64,000 nt of DNA from the NCBI GenBank assembly GCA_002686365.1, contig NZBZ01000001.1, positions 58,405 to 122,404 of the forward strand, written 5' to 3'. A program made the translations under genes and the position numbers. A model generated the notes under the pieces. The model was not told the DNA's origin, searched no databases, and saw only the letters and a list, made by a program, of their open reading frames with translations. Within the stretch, counting starts at the first letter, position 1; each line of letters starts with the position of its first letter. This document shows, piece after piece, positions 58,996 to 64,000 of this stretch. The stretch is from a bacterium. Its GTDB lineage: Bacteria > Patescibacteriota > Minisyncoccia > UBA6257 > GWB1-50-10.

Positions 58996-59379
58996 TCTAC
59001 CACATGAGGTGTGTTTACTGTAACACGTAAGTAGTTTTTTGTCAATAGGAGGCAGGAAGTGGACAAGAAACAGTCGTGGAGACAGCGCCGAGAGAAATCC
59101 GGAGGCTGATTCCCTTTAGGTCAGACCCCCTGTGGACGCTACTTCAGTATGACCATTCTTCGTCTTGCTCGACGACGATGCGCCTGACTGGAGCAAGGCA
59201 TGCGACGCCTGGTCTTGGCCATGGCCATGGGACGAACTCCTTGCGGCGATATTTGAGTCCAGCTGGACTCCTGTGACGCAGAGGCAGCTCCCGCCCCTCC
59301 GTGCCTAATTCTACCATAATGATTAAAATTTACGCGGGAGCATGTTGATTACTTTTCCTGTTTTTTGAAACCCTTATAT

Positions 59380-60621
59380 TTATTCTAAATATTTTCGCGC
59401 TTTTAATTTTTTTGGAAGGTAGTCCTGTTTAGCGTCCTCTTTATTTTTGAATTCCGGAGTGTACTTGTACCCCTTGCTGTGGCCAAGATTTTTCATAAGG
59501 CGGGTTGGAGCATTTCTTAAGTGCAAGGGGACTGACTCTGATGGAAGCTCCTTAATATCTTCTTTTACTTTCCCGTAGGCAGAGTAGAGCGCATTACTTT
59601 TTTTGGACTTTGCCATATAGACTACGGCTTGCGCGAGATTTATTTCACACTCTGGCATACCTATATAGTGAGCGGCCTCGTATGCAGCTATCGCCTGAGT
59701 AAGCGCTAATGAGTTTGCAATACCAATATCTTCTGATGCAAAACGGATCAAACGGCGGGCAACATATAATGGGTCTTCCCCGCCTTCTAACATTCTTCCC
59801 ATCCAATACAAAGAAGCGTCTGCGTCTCCCCCGCGCATAGATTTATGCAAAGCAGAGATAATGTTGTAGTGCTCATCTCCTGCTCTGTCATACAAAAGAT
59901 GGGTCCTTTGCAAAGCTTCTTTTATTTCCTCGATTGTGATTTTGATTTTTCCTTTTGAGGGCCTTATTGCGTTTGCTGCAAGCTCAAGCGCATTAAGCGC
60001 AACACGGGCATCTCCATTTGCCATTTCTGCGAGAAAGTTCAGGGCATCTTCTTTTATATTGATTTTTTTCTTACCAAGCCCCCTTTGTTTGTCTATTAGG
60101 GCACGCTTCAAGATGAGCTCTATATCCTGAGCTTCGAGCGCATTTAGAACAAAAACCCTGCTTCGTGAAAGTAGGGCTGATATTACCTCAAAGCTCGGGT
60201 TTTCAGTTGTTGCGCCAATAAAAACTACTGTGCCGTCTTCTACGTGCGGGAGGAGCGCGTCCTGCTGACGTTTGTTAAAACGATGAATCTCATCTATGAA
60301 TAGGATTGTTTCTTGTTTATATGCTTTCTTATATTCCTTTGCCTTTTCTACAATGTTTTTTATATCCTTTACGCCTGCGGTTACTGCGCTTATCTGTTCG
60401 AAGTGAGAGTTTGTCTTTTCTGCAATGATGCGGGCGAGGGTAGTTTTTCCAGATCCCGGAGGACCCCAGAGGATGATTGAGGGGATGCTGTCACGCTCAA
60501 TAGCCTTGCGAAGGAGCGAGTCTCTGCCAACCACATGCTCCTGTCCCACAAAGTCTCCAAATTTTTTCGGTCGTATTTTTTCGGCCAATGGTATGCTTTT
60601 CTCATATGTTTCTTCCTTCAT
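59380..60621 (-). CDS. rarA: replication-associated recombination protein A (AAA+ ATPase)
   Basis: [18 protein letters not shown] plus MgsA/RarA lid and tetramerisation regions. Confidence 0.9.
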   Translation of the reverse strand: MKEETYEKSIPLAEKIRPKKFGDFVGQEHVVGRDSLLRKAIERDSIPSIILWGPPGSGKTTLARIIAEKTNSHFEQISAVTAGVKDIKNIVEKAKEYKKAYKQETILFIDEIHRFNKRQQDALLPHVEDGTVVFIGATTENPSFEVISALLSRSRVFVLNALEAQDIELILKRALIDKQRGLGKKKINIKEDALNFLAEMANGDARVALNALELAANAIRPSKGKIKITIEEIKEALQRTHLLYDRAGDEHYNIISALHKSMRGGDADASLYWMGRMLEGGEDPLYVARRLIRFASEDIGIANSLALTQAIAAYEAAHYIGMPECEINLAQAVVYMAKSKKSNALYSAYGKVKEDIKELPSESVPLHLRNAPTRLMKNLGHSKGYKYTPEFKNKEDAKQDYLPKKLKARKYLE

Positions 60622-60661
60622 TATGATTTACGTCTAAGAACCCTTTTTGTAACGCTTATCT

Positions 60662-61342
60662 TTATATCATTCCTGTGATTTGAGGTTTTTCCGGAATAAT
60701 TTCAATGTCTTCCTGCGGTTTTGCTTTTATTGTGTGAAGAACTTTGCCTAATACCTTAAAGTCTTTTTTCATAATAATCTGCTTGTATGAACCAATAGAG
60801 GTTACAGGGTCTAGAATGACTGCATCTTTTGTAAATGATATTTTCTTGATTACTGCCATGCCGTCTATGACTGCTGCGATAATATCTCCTTCTTCTACCT
60901 CGTCCATAAGTTCTACGAGTACGAGATCGCCATCCTCAATGCCTGCGTCCTGCATGGATAGGCCCAGAGCTCGAATGACAATGACTTCGTTTTGTTTTTG
61001 CTCACCCAGAATACTTTGGGCTATTTGAACAAATTCATTAAAGGACTCTTCTGCATAAACATTTAGACTTCCGCAGGCCGCAGCTCCCACGACTGGCAGT
61101 GTTATGGTTTCACCATGAATATCATTTGTTGGATCAAGAAGCTTGATATTACGGCTCTTTCCTTTGATACGCGCTATAAAGCCTTTTTTCTCAAGCGTTT
61201 CAAGATACTGAGTGATTGTTCTTGTTGAGGAGACTCCTAGCTCCTTTTTTAATTCAAAAATGGTAGGGGACTGGCTTGTTTTTGAAATATAAGTTTCGAT
61301 TGTTTTCAAAACTTCAGCCTGTTTTTTTGTTAATGTATTCAT
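60662..61342 (-). CDS. lexA: LexA repressor
   Basis: N-terminal wHTH and a C-terminal S24 peptidase with Ser (GLSM) and Lys. Confidence 0.85.
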   Translation of the reverse strand: MNTLTKKQAEVLKTIETYISKTSQSPTIFELKKELGVSSTRTITQYLETLEKKGFIARIKGKSRNIKLLDPTNDIHGETITLPVVGAAACGSLNVYAEESFNEFVQIAQSILGEQKQNEVIVIRALGLSMQDAGIEDGDLVLVELMDEVEEGDIIAAVIDGMAVIKKISFTKDAVILDPVTSIGSYKQIIMKKDFKVLGKVLHTIKAKPQEDIEIIPEKPQITGMI

Positions 61343-61539
61343 ACGTTAAGACTTAGGATATAAGACATATGATTTAGAATGTTCGACTTTTTCATTTGTG
61401 TATGTTGTGTATCTCTATTATACACAAATTTGAGAATACGTGCTCCCTTCCCTGTGGACAACTTTTTGGGGGCGATGATGCGTTATTTGTTATCAAAAAC
61501 GACCCCTAATAAAGACGGGGTCGTTTTTGATTAGAGTTT

Positions 61540-61983
61540 TTATTTTATAATCTCTACGAGCTCTACCTCAAAATGAAGCGTGGAGTTTGGCGGAATGCTT
61601 GGCCTTCCCTGTTCTCCGTATGCAAGATGCGAAGGTATTATCAGATTTCGCTTCCCGCCCACTTTCATTCCTGGAATTCCCTGTTCCCATCCCTTAATAA
61701 CCATTCCTACTCCCACTTGGTACTCAAGCGGGTCTCCTCTCTCAACAGAACTATCGAATACTGTTCCATCATCTAGCGTGCCTGTGTAATGAATCCTTAC
61801 AGTGTCTTCATTTTTTACTTCATCTCCGGTTCCCTCTTCAATATCTTCGATTTGAAGCTCTGCGAGGCCCGTTTCAACAACTGGCGCTGCTCGCTCAGGT
61901 CTTTCTCCTCTTAACCAGAGAGCCGCTCCAATTGCAACTACTGAAATGATGATGAGTATAATGAATAGGCTTTTTGTTTCCAT
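61540..61983 (-). CDS. FKBP-type peptidyl-prolyl cis-trans isomerase, membrane-anchored
   Basis: VRIHYTGTLDDGTVFDSS...LIIPSHLAYGEQG. Confidence 0.85.
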   Translation of the reverse strand: METKSLFIILIIISVVAIGAALWLRGERPERAAPVVETGLAELQIEDIEEGTGDEVKNEDTVRIHYTGTLDDGTVFDSSVERGDPLEYQVGVGMVIKGWEQGIPGMKVGGKRNLIIPSHLAYGEQGRPSIPPNSTLHFEVELVEIIK

Positions 61984-61999
61984 ATTGTTTTTATAATTA

Positions 62000-63538
62000 T
62001 TAATCTCGACTTTTTAGGACGCTTTTGAATATCAAGTATACCAGAACTAGAATGACTATAAAAAGAAGAAGCTTCCCTGTTCTAGAAGATACTGCTCGTA
62101 CTATCTTATCCAGCACTTTTTGCGGTGCTTCCTTAATCACTTCTTTTATGGTCTTTGGCTCTTCAGGCTTTTCTGGAAGCGGCTCTGGTTTAACTTCATC
62201 AGGAATTTCTATTACTGGCCTATCAGGTTTTGGTTCTGGTTTTATTTTTGGCTCTTCTTCCGGGGGGAGCACAGGCTCTTCTTTTTCCGGCTCTTTTGGC
62301 TCTTCTATAAGAGGTATTATTACTTGAAATTCTACAGGTGAGCTTGAGGGACTTAAGACGTTTTCTATTTGTACTTGCGTTTGTATTCTATAGAGACCTT
62401 GTGCAAGAGTACGCGTTGGTATTTCAAATTCATACTGTCCTGTTTCATCTGTTTGAATTCTTCCAATGGGCTCCTCCCTGTCTCCTACTTTTACGAGAAC
62501 TTCCTGATTAGGAATACTTTCTCCTCGTACTACTACTGACTTACCCTGCTCAACTTTTTCTTTTTCAATACTAATTGTTGGAGGAACTATTATATCTTTT
62601 ACTTCTGTTGTTTTTCCTATGGGAACTGAGGTTTCTAGAGATATTGGAGAGGAGATACGTCCCACTCGGTCTATTACGTATATAGAGAAGTCATAGATCG
62701 CAGATCTGATGTTTTCAAGTAAGATAGAAAATTCATCATCACCACCAGTAAATGTAGATGTTGTAACTTCTCCCTCCTTCAAAATGAATACAGTGCTCTC
62801 AGGGGGTGCCTGTCCCTCGAATATAATGTTTGTGAGTGGTCGGTCTGGAGAAACTCCTCCTAGTCCCCCTACAATTACACTTTCTATTACAACTACCTCT
62901 TCTGTTGTTGTTGCTTCTCCTGCACCTGAACTTGCTGATACCTGATCTACTATAGCTATCATTGCCGTGCCTTCATCGAGTGTGTCGCTAGAGGAGTTTT
63001 GAGTTTCTACACCCATTGTATAAGAAGTTACTGCGCTTGGGTTTGTTATCTGAACATCTCCTGTTTCTCCTTCTTCTGCGTTTGTGCCGATTTCTACTGC
63101 AATTGTGCTTGAGCCTGCGACTGCGTCAGTGTCATTTAGCGTAAATGTAATAGAGCCCGATGTTCCCGTTGTAACAGACACTCCTACTGCGCTGTCTGCG
63201 CCTGTGCCTGCAGATGAATCAAGCGTGAGATCTACACTGTCATCTTTTAAATCTATATCTGTATAATCGAGTCCTGCGGGAATTGTAAACTGTCCTGCCT
63301 GCGGAGTAATGATAATTTTTCCTGAAGCGGGTATTTCTGCTGCTATTGTGAATTGAATTGTATGGTTTGCAGAGGTGCTTGGAGCAGAGGTGGAGATAAT
63401 ATCACTTATACTTGTGACTGCTGCTGCTTGTGTTGCTATGGGCAAAAACGCAAAACTGAGGCAAAATAGAAACGCAAAACTGACGCAAAACTTTCTGCGT
63501 TTGTTCTGCGTCTTGTTCTGCGTCTGTTTAGTGATCAT
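62000..63538 (-). CDS. secreted/surface protein with Thr/Ser-rich domain and PEPK-type proline-rich repeats, C-terminal TM
   Basis: Signal peptide, a long low-complexity T/S region, then EPKEPEKEEPVLPPEEEPKIKPEPKPD repeats and a C-terminal hydrophobic anchor. Confidence 0.5.
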   Translation of the reverse strand: MITKQTQNKTQNKRRKFCVSFAFLFCLSFAFLPIATQAAAVTSISDIISTSAPSTSANHTIQFTIAAEIPASGKIIITPQAGQFTIPAGLDYTDIDLKDDSVDLTLDSSAGTGADSAVGVSVTTGTSGSITFTLNDTDAVAGSSTIAVEIGTNAEEGETGDVQITNPSAVTSYTMGVETQNSSSDTLDEGTAMIAIVDQVSASSGAGEATTTEEVVVIESVIVGGLGGVSPDRPLTNIIFEGQAPPESTVFILKEGEVTTSTFTGGDDEFSILLENIRSAIYDFSIYVIDRVGRISSPISLETSVPIGKTTEVKDIIVPPTISIEKEKVEQGKSVVVRGESIPNQEVLVKVGDREEPIGRIQTDETGQYEFEIPTRTLAQGLYRIQTQVQIENVLSPSSSPVEFQVIIPLIEEPKEPEKEEPVLPPEEEPKIKPEPKPDRPVIEIPDEVKPEPLPEKPEEPKTIKEVIKEAPQKVLDKIVRAVSSRTGKLLLFIVILVLVYLIFKSVLKSRD

Positions 63539-63912
63539 ATTTGTTTTCTTCTCCAGTCCAGATAAAAGTTTGTGCCAAGCAGTACAAATAAAACGCCTGC
63601 TACTCCAATAATAAGGTAGAGCAGCTGTTCATTAATATTTACAGCTTCTGTATTTAAAGTCTCTTCTCGGATTTTTAACTCCTCCTCCTTTTGGACGAGC
63701 TCTTTCTCTTTTTCATCAAGCTGTTGAGCTATGCTGTTATACGGATTTGGTTCTACACCAACCATCACTCCAACTTGTCCCAGAAGGCTGTTTTTTAAGA
63801 GCTTGGGGTTTGTTCTGAGAATAATGTGCGTTCCCATCATTATTATGAGCACCCCAAGAAACGCAGTAAGAAGTTTTGTCTTTTTCCTCATAGACTTATG
63901 GTATCTTGTCAC
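63535..63912 (-). CDS. small membrane protein
   Basis: Two hydrophobic segments. Weak evidence. Confidence 0.3.
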   Translation of the reverse strand: MTRYHKSMRKKTKLLTAFLGVLIIMMGTHIILRTNPKLLKNSLLGQVGVMVGVEPNPYNSIAQQLDEKEKELVQKEEELKIREETLNTEAVNINEQLLYLIIGVAGVLFVLLGTNFYLDWRRKQI

Positions 63913-64000
63913 GCGAAGAGGAGCAAGAGCAGGAAGATTGCTATTGAGATTGCAAACATTGTGAGTGTTGTTTTTATGAGTTTTGCGAAAAATCCCCTCC

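Noticed and set aside
63440-63520. GCAAAACTGA(G/C)GCAAAA short tandem repeats
   Set aside because: They lie within the 5' coding region and signal-peptide area of the surface-protein gene (KTQNKTQNK). They are a low-complexity coding repeat, not a regulatory array.

Overview
The window is a low-GC (about 38-42%) bacterial backbone with Candidate Phyla Radiation (CPR/Patescibacteria) character. Its main content is a long minus-strand ribosomal-protein and translation-factor block, rpsL-rpsG-fusA-tuf-rpsJ-rplC...rplO-secY-adk-map (41.8-56.4 kb). Ribosomal protein L30 is absent between rpsE and rplO, and many ribosomal proteins carry Lys/Glu-rich C-terminal tails. Housekeeping genes are present (dnaE, gyrB, topA-dprA, thrS, miaA, gatB, tmk, rnc, rnhB, nusB, nusG-secE-rplK, lexA, rarA, a short SMC). 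Three tRNAs were found: Leu-GAG, and an Ile-GAT/Ala-TGC pair with its own promoter and terminator. The most unusual property is that the backbone is interrupted by at least seven discrete GC-rich (about 55-62%) segments (about 5.7-10.5 kb, 14.76-15.41 kb, 17.7-18.2 kb, 25.0-26.8 kb, 29.4-30.7 kb, 36.2-39.0 kb, 58.5-59.3 kb). They carry orphan ORFs, many acidic, that I cannot assign to families. The exceptions are a type I-beta DAHP synthase and a standalone LeuA-allosteric-domain-like protein, both inside a CPR context that normally lacks such biosynthetic genes. Several islands are ORF-poor but full of stable hairpins. I also see several dispersed small repeat families. One is a roughly 130-bp MITE-like element bounded by ATCCCTCAC-type inverted repeats. 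One is a three-copy TGTACAC palindromic element at island borders. One is tandem ATATCGAG octamers flanking island 6. One is an AGCTTATAGCTT motif immediately upstream of many ribosomal-protein start codons. A free-standing LAGLIDADG homing endonuclease gene ends inside tRNA-Leu, with its stop codon in the anticodon loop. No CRISPR array, rRNA or recognisable transposase was found. I cannot name a complete known defense system from sequence alone. The island mosaic and its repeat-marked boundaries are the best candidates for something undescribed, with assembly chimerism as the alternative.
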